In this document: piece by piece, positions 29,848 through 40,816 of the stretch
How positions within the stretch are numbered: the first letter of the stretch is position 1
Layout of the letters: every line of letters starts with the position of its first letter
DNA from: Rickettsiales bacterium
Lineage (GTDB): Bacteria > Pseudomonadota > Alphaproteobacteria > Rickettsiales > UBA998
NCBI GenBank assembly: GCA_041749475.1
Contig: JBGTBD010000027.1
Span: 33,907 to 97,906 of the forward strand
DNA length: 64,000 nt
Reading direction: 5' to 3'
Program-made: the position numbers and the translations under genes
Notes under the pieces: model-generated
The model's input: only the letters and a program-made list of their open reading frames with translations
The model's database searches: none
Told to the model about the DNA's origin: nothing

Positions 29848-31107
29848 ATGAAAGATGATGCAGCTCAGGTGAAAAATGGATTGGAGTTTGGCCCCATTCC
29901 CCCTTTTATTGATACCGAAATAACCACGGCATTCGCTCATGCACGTCGTACACTAGTGCCTTTGTTAAGCGCCGCGGCCAATAATGCAGAGCATGTCGAC
30001 TCACTCACCGGACGAACAAATCCCTTGGAGAACCCTTGGAGAAGTATCGCGAGTATCGTCCAATCTTATGCCCATGACGAAAAAGCCATAACAGGACTCC
30101 AAGAATTCTACCTCAGATATCGGGATTATCTGGCTCGCCGCCCCAGCATATACAATCGCATCGCTAACGAATGGGCCGAGGAGTTACATCAGCACACCTC
30201 AGACTCTCAGGATGATACTCCCCCAACCAGTGATGAAGTGGCTCAGGCATATAATGAGTTGAACGCGGTCCTATCAGTTCTGGAACCTCCGGCATTCCAA
30301 CTGAGAAATTATTTGGTGAAAACCAGACGTCAAGCAGCAGATGCCCTTGAGAATGTAGCGACAAAAAAATTCACATCCTCGCAATTTCCTCATGATATCG
30401 CACATGACGCAGCATGGCTTGATGATGTATTCCTTGTCGGGCCGAGCATCCTGCCCGCCTCTATCGTCGAACGGTTGCCGGGCACGACCACGTTCCGTAA
30501 TTTCAGAGATTATTTCGACGCCACCACCACACTGCGTGATGTACTCCAGCGGCCTACTATCGGTGTGATCAAGCAGCATGAAGATCTGGATTCTTCCGAA
30601 GCACAGGTATTGGATGCGGTTGCACACTCCCCTGCCCGCACTCCTTTTTCCCCACAGGATGAGGCCAGATATCAAACAGCGTTGAATGCCCTCCAAACAC
30701 GCCAATTCTTTGTCGCCGCCGATAAATCCGCCTTGCCCGGCTTTGGTGGCGAACGCCCGATGCCAATGGAAGAGAATAGCGCGATTTTCCATATGCCGCC
30801 GTTGAAAGGCCATAATGATATTCGCCGCCTACTCGATAGGGCGGTTATCGCGCTGACGAAAGAAGGGGCATATACGAATCCTATCTATAATTTATCCGAG
30901 TACGCTCCAAATGTATGGGATTTGAAGATTAGCGCGGATTACCCCTTGACGCATTTCCTATCCGCCGTCGCCGATGAATGGGTCATTAAACAAAAGATAG
31001 GCGAACAGCGTGATACAACACCTGATACGCAGATAAGTGGTTCGGAGCCTTCCCAAAAAGGCGTAGTAGATGGAGGGAAGGAATCGGTACTCCCTAGGCA
31101 GCCGTAA
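29848..31107 (+). CDS. hypothetical protein (orphan, ~420 aa)
   Basis: This is a long uninterrupted ORF starting at the ATG at 29848. I recognise no motif, TM helix or signal peptide. Its 3' end overlaps leuA convergently by 14 nt. Confidence 0.55.
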   Translation: MKDDAAQVKNGLEFGPIPPFIDTEITTAFAHARRTLVPLLSAAANNAEHVDSLTGRTNPLENPWRSIASIVQSYAHDEKAITGLQEFYLRYRDYLARRPSIYNRIANEWAEELHQHTSDSQDDTPPTSDEVAQAYNELNAVLSVLEPPAFQLRNYLVKTRRQAADALENVATKKFTSSQFPHDIAHDAAWLDDVFLVGPSILPASIVERLPGTTTFRNFRDYFDATTTLRDVLQRPTIGVIKQHEDLDSSEAQVLDAVAHSPARTPFSPQDEARYQTALNALQTRQFFVAADKSALPGFGGERPMPMEENSAIFHMPPLKGHNDIRRLLDRAVIALTKEGAYTNPIYNLSEYAPNVWDLKISADYPLTHFLSAVADEWVIKQKIGEQRDTTPDTQISGSEPSQKGVVDGGKESVLPRQP

Positions 31108-32638
31108 TACTCTTCACTTCCTTATTCTTGATACTGCCCATTTTGGCCAGTGCACTGAGGTACGCGAGCGCAGACGCAACCAGCGTATCCACATCCGACC
31201 CATGTCCGTTGACGATGGTGCCGTCCGCATCGAGCCGTACGGTGACTTCCGCTTGCGCGTCCGTTCCTGCCGTGATCGCATCCACGCGGTAGAGCTTCAA
31301 TCGCGCCTGATCTGCACCGGGAATAAGCGCCTTGATGGATTTGAAGATCGCATCGACCGGGCCGTTGCCTTCCATCTCGATGGTCTTTTCCACGCCTTCG
31401 ACATTGAGCACAATGTTCGCGGTCTGTTTACCGACCGTGCCGCACTGCACTTGCAATGACTTGAGTTCATAGCGCGCTTCACCGCTGCCCGAACGCGGAT
31501 CGACGAGCGCAATAATATCGTCGTCAAATACGTCCTTTTTCTTGTCGGCCAATTCCTTAAAGCGGTTGAACGCATCCTCGAACGCGTTATCACCCAACGT
31601 AAAGCCCAGCTCTTCCAGTTTCGCGCGGAACGCATGGCGACCGGAGTGTTTTCCCATGACGAGATTCGAGCGCGTGAGGCCGACCGATTCCGGCGTCATG
31701 ATCTCGTATGTACCTGCATGTTTCAGCATCCCATCCTGATGGATGCCCGATTCATGCGCGAAGGCATTGGCGCCGACGATGGCCTTGTTTACCTGTACGC
31801 TCTGCCCCGTCACCGACTGGATAAGACGTGAGGCGCGCATGATATGCTCGCTCTTGATATTGCACTCGAACCCGTAGGAATCTTTTCGGGTTTTCAACGT
31901 CATCACGACTTCTTCAAGCGACGTATTCCCAGCGCGTTCGCCAATACCATTGATAGTCAATTCCGCCTGACGCGCACCGGCGCGTAATGCCGCCAGCGTG
32001 TTCGCCGTCGCCAGCCCCAGATCATTCTGTCCATGGAACGAGAAGACGGCCTTGTCCGCATCCGGAACTTTGCCCATCACCGTCTTGAACATGTGCGAGA
32101 TATCCTCCGGCGTGCCGTATCCGACCGTGTCGGGCAGATTGATCGTCGTCGCCCCGGCCTTGATCGCGACCTCGACTGCCTTGCAGAGATAATCCAGATC
32201 ACTGCGCGTCGCATCCATCGCCGACCATTCAACGTTGTCGGTGAAATCCCGTGCGAAGGCGACCGTGTCGGCGATCAATTCCAGCACCTGCTCCCGCGTC
32301 ATGCGGAACTGGTGTTCCAGATGAATGTCGCTGGTGGACATGAACGTATGTATCCGCGCCTGCTTAGCCGGCTTCAACGCTTCCGCCGCACGCTCGATAT
32401 CCGCCCGTTTCCCCCGCGCCAGCGAACAAACAACCGCGTTCTTCGTCTTTTCGGCAATCGCTTTAACCGCATCAAAATCCCCCTGGCTCGCCATCGCGAA
32501 CCCGGCCTCGATGACATCGACCCCCATCCCGTCCAGCACTTCGGCGACGAGGAGTTTCTCCTCCCGATTCATCGACATGCCCGGCGACTGTTCGCCATCG
32601 CGTAAGGTGGTATCGAAGATGATGATGCGGTTGGTCAT
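31094..32638 (-). CDS. leuA: 2-isopropylmalate synthase
   Basis: It reads IIIFDTTLRDGEQSPG... with a TIM barrel and a C-terminal LeuA dimerisation/regulatory domain. Confidence 0.95.
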   Translation of the reverse strand: MTNRIIIFDTTLRDGEQSPGMSMNREEKLLVAEVLDGMGVDVIEAGFAMASQGDFDAVKAIAEKTKNAVVCSLARGKRADIERAAEALKPAKQARIHTFMSTSDIHLEHQFRMTREQVLELIADTVAFARDFTDNVEWSAMDATRSDLDYLCKAVEVAIKAGATTINLPDTVGYGTPEDISHMFKTVMGKVPDADKAVFSFHGQNDLGLATANTLAALRAGARQAELTINGIGERAGNTSLEEVVMTLKTRKDSYGFECNIKSEHIMRASRLIQSVTGQSVQVNKAIVGANAFAHESGIHQDGMLKHAGTYEIMTPESVGLTRSNLVMGKHSGRHAFRAKLEELGFTLGDNAFEDAFNRFKELADKKKDVFDDDIIALVDPRSGSGEARYELKSLQVQCGTVGKQTANIVLNVEGVEKTIEMEGNGPVDAIFKSIKALIPGADQARLKLYRVDAITAGTDAQAEVTVRLDADGTIVNGHGSDVDTLVASALAYLSALAKMGSIKNKEVKSITAA

Positions 32639-32651
32639 AAGGGACTAAGGT

Positions 32652-34172
<1,521 letters not shown>

Positions 34173-34237
34173 TTATCCGAGGATTTCTGGATAATGCTAC
34201 CGTTCCAAGGGATGAATCATGCGCGGGAAGCAGAAAA

Positions 34238-34495
34238 CTAACGTGCTTTCTGCTTCCAGAGCGGCGTACCGAGATTAATCTGGTCGCCTTCCGTCACCCC
34301 GCCGACGACTGCGCCCGCAGCCGTGCCGAGCAGGATACCCGTACTGACGCTACCGCCGACAATCACCGCACCTGCGGTTCCCGCCGCCGCGCCGAGGCCT
34401 GCGCCTGAAAGCACACGGTCTTGTGAGCTATAGCCGCACCCGGAAAGGGCCAGCATGGAAGTAGCGGCAAGAAGTGAAATAAGGCGCTTGGACAT
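34238..34495 (-). CDS. glycine-zipper lipoprotein (17-kDa surface antigen / Pcp-like)
   Basis: It has a lipobox (LALSGC) followed by Gly/Ala-zipper segments (GAGLGAAAGTAGAVIVGG...GTAAGAVVGG). Confidence 0.7.
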   Translation of the reverse strand: MSKRLISLLAATSMLALSGCGYSSQDRVLSGAGLGAAAGTAGAVIVGGSVSTGILLGTAAGAVVGGVTEGDQINLGTPLWKQKAR

Positions 34496-34587
34496 CTGAA
34501 ACTCCTGATTGTTTTTTCCATTAAAGCGCAGTTCTTATAAAAAAGTGATTAAGAATGCGCTAAAATATCCCGGAAAGCCGTAAAAAC

Positions 34588-35133
34588 CTAGAGTCCGGTC
34601 TTCCCCCGCGCCATCGCTGCCGCCCCGGTACGGGCGATCTCGATGAGGCCCAGCGGTTTCATCAGCTCAATGAAGGCGTCGATCTTCTGCGTATTGCCGG
34701 TGATCTCGAAGATGAACGATTCCGTCGTCGCGTCCACCGAGCGCGCCCGGAAGATATCGGCGATGCGCAATGCCTCAACGCGTGTATCCCCCGATCCGGA
34801 GACCTTCACCAGCGCCAGTTCGCGCTCCACATGCGGGCCTTCTTCGGTCAGATCATGCACCAAATGCACAGGAACCATGCGCTCCAGCAGCGTCTTGATC
34901 TGGTGCACCACCTGCTCCGTCCCGCGCGTCACCACGGTAATGCGGGAGAGACCCTTCACCTGATCCACCTCCGCCACCGTCAAACTCTCGATGTTATACC
35001 CCCGGCTGGAGAACAACCCCACCACGCGGTTCAGCACCCCGAACTCATTATCCACAAGTACGGCCAACGTATGCCGCGCCAGTTCTTCCTTCTGTTCCGG
35101 GATGTCGTAAACAATGTCTGTCATAGTGTTCAT
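34588..35133 (-). CDS. ilvN: acetolactate synthase small (regulatory) subunit
   Basis: The ACT domain reads HTLAVLVDNEFGVLNRVVGLFSSRGYNIESLTV. It has the usual ~180-aa IlvH/IlvN layout. Confidence 0.9.
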   Translation of the reverse strand: MNTMTDIVYDIPEQKEELARHTLAVLVDNEFGVLNRVVGLFSSRGYNIESLTVAEVDQVKGLSRITVVTRGTEQVVHQIKTLLERMVPVHLVHDLTEEGPHVERELALVKVSGSGDTRVEALRIADIFRARSVDATTESFIFEITGNTQKIDAFIELMKPLGLIEIARTGAAAMARGKTGL

Positions 35134-35178
35134 GCTAATGTCCTATCGCATCAAACGCTTAATCTCAAGTGGGTTTGG

Positions 35179-36477
35179 CTATTTATCCGTTTTAGGAAGA
35201 TTGAGAGACTCCGGATTTTTAAGATTTTGTGCAGGCTCTTCCACCCAACCCAGCCATTCTTTTTCACCCTTCATAACGACCGTTGACGGGAACTCAATTG
35301 GAATCGTGAAGCAGGAATGCTGGATATAATATCCCGGCAATTCCGTCACCATATCCCCGTTGCCACCCGCCGCGTTGATAGCTCCCCGCAGGTTGGGTGT
35401 ATACACCACCGTGCTGCCATCCGGCGCTTTCATATCCGTAATAAGGTGTGATTCCGACGCGAATCCTATCTTGCTGAGCGAGACCGGGAGCCATTGCTTT
35501 ACAAGGTCAGGGGTCACCTTCTGCATAGCTTCACTCGGAGCCTTTTGCATCATTCCTTGCCGTGTCATAAACAAGGTATATGGCAGTGTCCCCTCACCCC
35601 GGGGGAACATGATGCGATAAAGCGTGTTTCCGGATACTTGGAAATAGGCCCCTAAAGAAGCCGGGTCTTCATTCACCAACTCTCTCGCTTGCATCAACCA
35701 CGCGAATTGCGGAGCGGATTTACCCACACATTCCGGATCGGACGAATAATAGGAAGGCGATAATTCATCAGGGAACTTACTGTCGATATCCGCCATTGCT
35801 GCGGCGAGAGTCGTCTCCATCGCTTTTTCCAGATAGAGCGTTTGGATGGCGTATGCGCCAATGCATAACGGGATGATGTATCGGAACACATGCGGTGCGT
35901 TGGCTTTGTATCCCACCGCTTCGTCTGACGACACAAGCCTGAAGCGTAGTCCTTCCTGTTGGCGCGCGAAGAAAAGACGAAACAGCATGAAATTAATGAG
36001 CAGTCCTAAGGCGATATTCAACGGCAATTCCAGATAGACCATCACGTCGCCTAACAGCTCGTAAAACACAAGAATCAACGCGTATACGAGGATAGTAAAC
36101 ACTATCTGACGCCAGATGAACGGCCAGTACTGCCATATGGGCTGCCATACCCCAGAAGGACTGGTTAGCGGCCCGCTATCATTTTGCATCTGAAGATAAC
36201 GCCCTTCGATAGAGACATACTGGACGAGCTTGAGCGAATAGGCTGTGATGAACAACAAAGCAGTGATGCCAAGCGGGATGATCAGCACCCCCAACAGTGA
36301 TGTCAATAACGTCACCACGCCAAGGGAGCCCATACTCTTGGAAATCAGCAGCAAGGAGCCTATTCCAAGCACACCACACATCAGGCTAAGTGCGACAGAT
36401 AACGTCCATTGCCGCCACATCATCCCCCAGCTAAGCCGCAGCAATATTTTAAAGTCAGAGGAGGAAAATATGGACAA
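35179..36477 (-). CDS. hypothetical membrane protein (5-6 N-terminal TM helices plus a ~200-aa soluble C-terminal domain)
   Basis: The 432-aa ORF has an ATG only 2 nt after the ilvB stop and ends 45 nt before ilvN. I recognise no family motif. Confidence 0.6.
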   Translation of the reverse strand: MSIFSSSDFKILLRLSWGMMWRQWTLSVALSLMCGVLGIGSLLLISKSMGSLGVVTLLTSLLGVLIIPLGITALLFITAYSLKLVQYVSIEGRYLQMQNDSGPLTSPSGVWQPIWQYWPFIWRQIVFTILVYALILVFYELLGDVMVYLELPLNIALGLLINFMLFRLFFARQQEGLRFRLVSSDEAVGYKANAPHVFRYIIPLCIGAYAIQTLYLEKAMETTLAAAMADIDSKFPDELSPSYYSSDPECVGKSAPQFAWLMQARELVNEDPASLGAYFQVSGNTLYRIMFPRGEGTLPYTLFMTRQGMMQKAPSEAMQKVTPDLVKQWLPVSLSKIGFASESHLITDMKAPDGSTVVYTPNLRGAINAAGGNGDMVTELPGYYIQHSCFTIPIEFPSTVVMKGEKEWLGWVEEPAQNLKNPESLNLPKTDK

Positions 36478-36479
36478 GA

Positions 36480-38282
36480 CTACACCTGATTCTTATCGAG
36501 CGGACCGGAACTCTCCTCCGGCCCCAGCACCAACTCATTATGCGCCGCCCCTGCCGGAATCATCGGGAAGACGTTCTCGTTCTGGTCTACCACCATATCC
36601 ATGATGACGGGGCCGGGATGGGCGAGCATTTCTTGGATCGCTTCATCAACTTTTCCGACCTCCATGCACCGCATCCCCTTCATGCCGTAGGCTTCCGCCA
36701 GCTTCACGAAATCGGGCAGCGAATCCATATAGGATTCGGAGTAGCGGCAGCCGTGGAACATCTCCTGCCACTGGCGTACCATCCCCATATAGCGGTTATT
36801 GAGGATGAAGATTTTGACGGGCACGCGGTATTGTACGGCCGTCGAAAGTTCCTGGATATTCATCAGGAACGACGCTTCTCCAGTAACGCAAATCGTCATC
36901 GCATCCGGGTGCGCGATCTGCACGCCGATGGCGGCGGGGAAGCCGTACCCCATCGTTCCCAGACCACCGGACGTCATCCAGTGATTCGGTTTGTCGAACT
37001 TGATGAACTGCGCCGCCCACATCTGGTGCTGGCCGACATCGGTTGTCACATAGGGGTGCTTCGCTTTGGTCAGTTCATAGAGACGGTCAAGGGCATATTG
37101 CGGCTTGATCGTATCGTCCCGCCCCGTCAGCTGCTTATAGGAGAAACTCTTGCGCGCGCGCCATATCTCGATTTCTTTCCACCATGCATCCAGCGCGGAT
37201 TTATCCGCTTTGAGTTTTTTCTCTTTCCAAAGACGCAGCATTTCCTGCAGCACGGGCAGCGCATCGCCGATGACAGGCGCATCGACACGCACGGTCTTAT
37301 TGATGGAGGACGCGTCGATATCGACATGGATTTTTTTGGAACGCGGCGAGAAGCCGGAGAGCTTCCCCGTCACCCGGTCGTCGAACCGCGCGCCGATATT
37401 GATCATCACGTCGCATTCGGCCATCGCCATATTCGCTTCCAGCGATCCGTGCATCCCCAGCATGCCGAGAAACTGTTTGTCCGAACCCGGAAATGCACCA
37501 AGCCCCATCAGCGTATTGGTGATCGGGAACCCGGTAAGATGCACCAGTTCGGTCAACACCGCACACGCTTCCGGTCCCGCATTGATGATGCCGCCACCCG
37601 TATAAAACACAGGCTTCTTCGCCATCGCCATCAGCGCGACGGCACGCTCGATCTGCATCTTGTCCAACGGACGGATGGGTTTATAGGACGGACGCTCGCA
37701 CTCTTCACGTGACAGATACTGTCCCATTTTATTCTGGATATCCTTCGGTACATCAACCACGACCGGGCCGGGCCGCCCCGTCGTCGCCACCATGAAGGCC
37801 TCATGCAGGATACGCGGCAGGTCTTCGATGGTTTGCACGAGGTAATTATGCTTGGTGCAGGAACGCGTGATACCCGTAGTGTCCGCTTCCTGAAACGCAT
37901 CCGTCCCGATCAGATGCGTCGGCACTTGTCCGGTAATCACCACCAGCGGAATGGAATCCAGCAACGCGTCCATGATCCCGGTGACCGCATTGGTCGCCCC
38001 CGGCCCAGAGGTGACGAGCACCACACCCGGCTTCCCCGTGGAACGGGCATAGCCCTCCGCCGCATGGGTAGCGCCCTGCTCATGGCGGACGAGGATATGG
38101 CGCACATGGTTCTGCTTGAACAGCGCATCATAAATCGGCAAGACCGCCCCGCCGGGATACCCGAAAATGGTGTCCACATCGTTATCAACAAGGCAACGAA
38201 TCAGGATTTCCGCCCCGGTCATCGCCATCTCAGGTTGTTCAGGGCTGGCAGGTTTGGCTGCCGGTTTCTTGCGCGCTAACAT
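36480..38282 (-). CDS. ilvB: acetolactate synthase large (catalytic) subunit
   Basis: It carries the ThDP-enzyme motifs ([30 protein letters not shown]...). I chose the ATG at 38282 (MLARKK), which has GGAG 8 nt upstream. The track start at 38333 is less likely. Confidence 0.93.
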   Translation of the reverse strand: MLARKKPAAKPASPEQPEMAMTGAEILIRCLVDNDVDTIFGYPGGAVLPIYDALFKQNHVRHILVRHEQGATHAAEGYARSTGKPGVVLVTSGPGATNAVTGIMDALLDSIPLVVITGQVPTHLIGTDAFQEADTTGITRSCTKHNYLVQTIEDLPRILHEAFMVATTGRPGPVVVDVPKDIQNKMGQYLSREECERPSYKPIRPLDKMQIERAVALMAMAKKPVFYTGGGIINAGPEACAVLTELVHLTGFPITNTLMGLGAFPGSDKQFLGMLGMHGSLEANMAMAECDVMINIGARFDDRVTGKLSGFSPRSKKIHVDIDASSINKTVRVDAPVIGDALPVLQEMLRLWKEKKLKADKSALDAWWKEIEIWRARKSFSYKQLTGRDDTIKPQYALDRLYELTKAKHPYVTTDVGQHQMWAAQFIKFDKPNHWMTSGGLGTMGYGFPAAIGVQIAHPDAMTICVTGEASFLMNIQELSTAVQYRVPVKIFILNNRYMGMVRQWQEMFHGCRYSESYMDSLPDFVKLAEAYGMKGMRCMEVGKVDEAIQEMLAHPGPVIMDMVVDQNENVFPMIPAGAAHNELVLGPEESSGPLDKNQV

Positions 38283-38341
38283 CGATTCTTCTCCAGAGCC
38301 AAGGAAAATAACGATTTTCGCAGGAAAGGTCAATCAGGGCT

Positions 38342-39436
38342 TCATTTGTTCTGCTCATTTACTGCTTTTCTAACAAGTTGACGAGTCGTATGGCCCAGTC
38401 CGCCAACTCCCACACGCGCAATCTCTTGGGCATTTCGGGCACTTCTTGCAACTCTATCCACATGGCTATGGCCATTCGCACTGCCGTTTGCTCCATGGCT
38501 GACGTGGCCATTAATAGCTGGGGCATCCTCCTCTGCAAAGCGGTCCGTGATTATTTGATAATTAGGTTCTGCAACGGGCAGTTTTATCTTTTCAGATTCA
38601 TTCGGCTGGCGTCCATTATCTGCCGTTGCCAAAGGCCTGTACGCTTTTCGACTATGACCTTCCAGTAGTTCTGTCACCGCTTCTTTTATGGTTTGCGGTG
38701 AAGGGAGGATTGTCGCCATTTCTTGACGCCATATTTCACTTGGCTGTTCATCAAAACACTGTTTCAGGCTATCAAAATGGTCCTGATCAAACGTAATACC
38801 AGTATTCTCCCATGGCAGGCCCTTAAGCCACTCTTCCATCCACCGCAAACGCGTAGCTGCAGTAAATGACGTATGGTGTAACTGCATAATAGGCTGAACA
38901 CCACTCATGCGCATATCATGCAAAAGCAACGCGCCTCTAAGATAAATATCGACTGTATTTGCTTCCGCGAGCAATTGTTTACTAAAACATTGCGGCAATA
39001 CGTCTTTGTTCCAACAACGTAATCCGTCCGACTGGGGAAATCTATTAAGATAACTTTCCATATGGAGGCGGATTAGTTTTTCTACAGCAGACTCTTGATG
39101 TTCCACCCCATTCCGCACATAAGTGAAAACCCTACCATCATTCGTGAGGTCAAAATACTCAGCAATCTCGCGTAATTTTTTGAAGGATGGCAATTGGTAT
39201 GAGTGCCTGTCACCGGATGTTTTAAGCGCAATCCAGTCATAAAAATGTAATTTTGATTGATGGGAGGCTTGAAAAAGGGTCACTTTTTTCTCATCCAGCA
39301 ATAAGCACAGAAAATCGCGGAAATCCTGCGCGTTGCCTATGCAAACATCCGGGCTACTTGTGGTATAGGAGGCATCATCAGGTTTTGTCCGTGCACCGAT
39401 AGTACCCGGCTTTTTTTCCAGATGAGGATCTGTCAC
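38342..39436 (-). CDS. hypothetical protein with a possible N-terminal HTH-like segment
   Basis: The 364-aa ORF uses a GTG start. Residues ~37-95 (FRDFLCLLLDEKKVTLFQASHQS...PSFKKLREIAEYFDL) loosely follow an XRE-type HTH pattern. The C-terminus is His/Asn/Gly-rich. The gene is AT-richer than its neighbours. Confidence 0.5.
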   Translation of the reverse strand: MTDPHLEKKPGTIGARTKPDDASYTTSSPDVCIGNAQDFRDFLCLLLDEKKVTLFQASHQSKLHFYDWIALKTSGDRHSYQLPSFKKLREIAEYFDLTNDGRVFTYVRNGVEHQESAVEKLIRLHMESYLNRFPQSDGLRCWNKDVLPQCFSKQLLAEANTVDIYLRGALLLHDMRMSGVQPIMQLHHTSFTAATRLRWMEEWLKGLPWENTGITFDQDHFDSLKQCFDEQPSEIWRQEMATILPSPQTIKEAVTELLEGHSRKAYRPLATADNGRQPNESEKIKLPVAEPNYQIITDRFAEEDAPAINGHVSHGANGSANGHSHVDRVARSARNAQEIARVGVGGLGHTTRQLVRKAVNEQNK

Positions 39437-39487
39437 ATGATTTCCAAAGGCATAATGTTTTTGTTCAGGGGTAAGACCTTCTAATGC

Positions 39488-39856
39488 TTAGCAATAGCAA
39501 TCGGTGAACCTTTTAGTGGCATTCGCCAAGACTTTATCGCTCTCACTAAAATTCAATCCGAGCATCATTCTCAATGCAAGAAACTTCGATGGTGGGGGCA
39601 ACCTCAATCCCTGCTCCCATGCGATTATTTCATGGGGAAAACAATGCAGCTCACCTGCTAAAGAAGACCTATTGGTGCTTCCAATCCTGTTTCTCAACAT
39701 CTGGCCCCACTCTTGTGCGGCACTTGAAATGGGTAAACTCTTGGTGCTGCCGTTACCTCGCGCACCGGAATCATCCGGATGACTAAGAGCCGTTCGTGTT
39801 ACTTTTCCGCGCACTGCAACAGGCTCGGATTGCCAGAATGTATGTGTATCAACCAT
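39488..39856 (-). CDS. XRE/Cro-C1-type helix-turn-helix protein
   Basis: The 122-aa protein contains WGQMLRNRIGSTNRSSLAGELHCFPHEIIAWEQGLRLPPPSKFLALRMMLGL. This fits the HTH_3 pattern (lr..R...s...LA..l.....i..WE.G...P....l..l...L). Confidence 0.55.
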   Translation of the reverse strand: MVDTHTFWQSEPVAVRGKVTRTALSHPDDSGARGNGSTKSLPISSAAQEWGQMLRNRIGSTNRSSLAGELHCFPHEIIAWEQGLRLPPPSKFLALRMMLGLNFSESDKVLANATKRFTDCYC

Positions 39857-39904
39857 GGTGAAGGGTGATAAAGCAAAACCCGCATCTGTTGTGTTAAAAT
39901 TATA

Positions 39905-40774
39905 TTAAGATATACGTTTGCCAAACTGGTTCCGCATCCAGGTCTCCTGTCGTTTGGCGTAGTTGCGGGAATGTTGCTGGGTGCGGGTGATGGCTTCTTC
40001 TAAGGGGATGATATTCTGCAAATATGCAGTGAATTCAGGCACTCCGACTGCTTGTGACAGGGGCATGGCGGGGGGTAGACCTAACCTCAGCAATGCCTCC
40101 ACTTCCTCAATCGCCCCTTCCTCAACCATAATATGCACCCGCTGATTAATGCGTTCATAAAGCGTCTCGCGGGGAAGTGTATGAATATAAAGGTTAAACT
40201 GGGCTTCAGGTAAAGGTGGGGTGCGCGGTTCCTTCTGCCAGTCCGCCAATGACCGTCCGGTCGTGCGGATTACCTCCAGCGCCCTCGCCAGACGCTGCGT
40301 ATCGCCCGGTTTCAGCCGCGCCGCCATCGCTGCATCCACCGCCGCTAATGTCGGGTGCAGGGACGTGTGCGGCATGGCGCGAACCTCCTGCCGGATATCG
40401 GATGGAATATCGGGTATAGGGGAGATCCCCTCCATCAACACTTTAATATACATTCCCGTCCCCCCGACAAGGATAGGAAGCTTGCCCTCAGACCAGCAGC
40501 GCCGTATCTCGTGGATGACCACCTCCAGCCACCGTGTGACGCTCCCCACCTCCGCTGCCTGCCAGATGCCGTACAGCCGATGCGGCACACGCGCCTCATC
40601 TTCCATAGAGGGCCGCGCGGTGAGGATGCGCACATCTGCATACATCTGCATCGCATCCGCGTTGAGGATGACGCCGCCCCGCTCCATTGCCCATTGCATG
40701 GCGAGCGCTGACTTGCCGCTGCCCGTCGGCCCGGTCAGGATGATGACCTCATGTCGATTTTCTGTTCCCATCAT
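39905..40774 (-). CDS. miaA: tRNA dimethylallyltransferase
   Basis: It has the P-loop ILTGPTGSGKSALA and the MiaA layout. I set the start at the MMGTENRH Met pair (40774/40771). The track extension to 40966 is an artefact. Confidence 0.9.
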   Translation of the reverse strand: MMGTENRHEVIILTGPTGSGKSALAMQWAMERGGVILNADAMQMYADVRILTARPSMEDEARVPHRLYGIWQAAEVGSVTRWLEVVIHEIRRCWSEGKLPILVGGTGMYIKVLMEGISPIPDIPSDIRQEVRAMPHTSLHPTLAAVDAAMAARLKPGDTQRLARALEVIRTTGRSLADWQKEPRTPPLPEAQFNLYIHTLPRETLYERINQRVHIMVEEGAIEEVEALLRLGLPPAMPLSQAVGVPEFTAYLQNIIPLEEAITRTQQHSRNYAKRQETWMRNQFGKRIS

Positions 40775-40816
40775 TGGGGATAATACGGCATAGTGCCGCC
40801 AAGGAGAATGAAAACC

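Noticed and set aside
34526-34562. A 12-bp bulged hairpin (agcgcagttctta / taagaatgcgct) between ilvN and the lipoprotein gene.
   Set aside because: There is no T-tract on the relevant (minus) strand, so it is not a classical terminator. It may be structural or regulatory, but I cannot assign a role.
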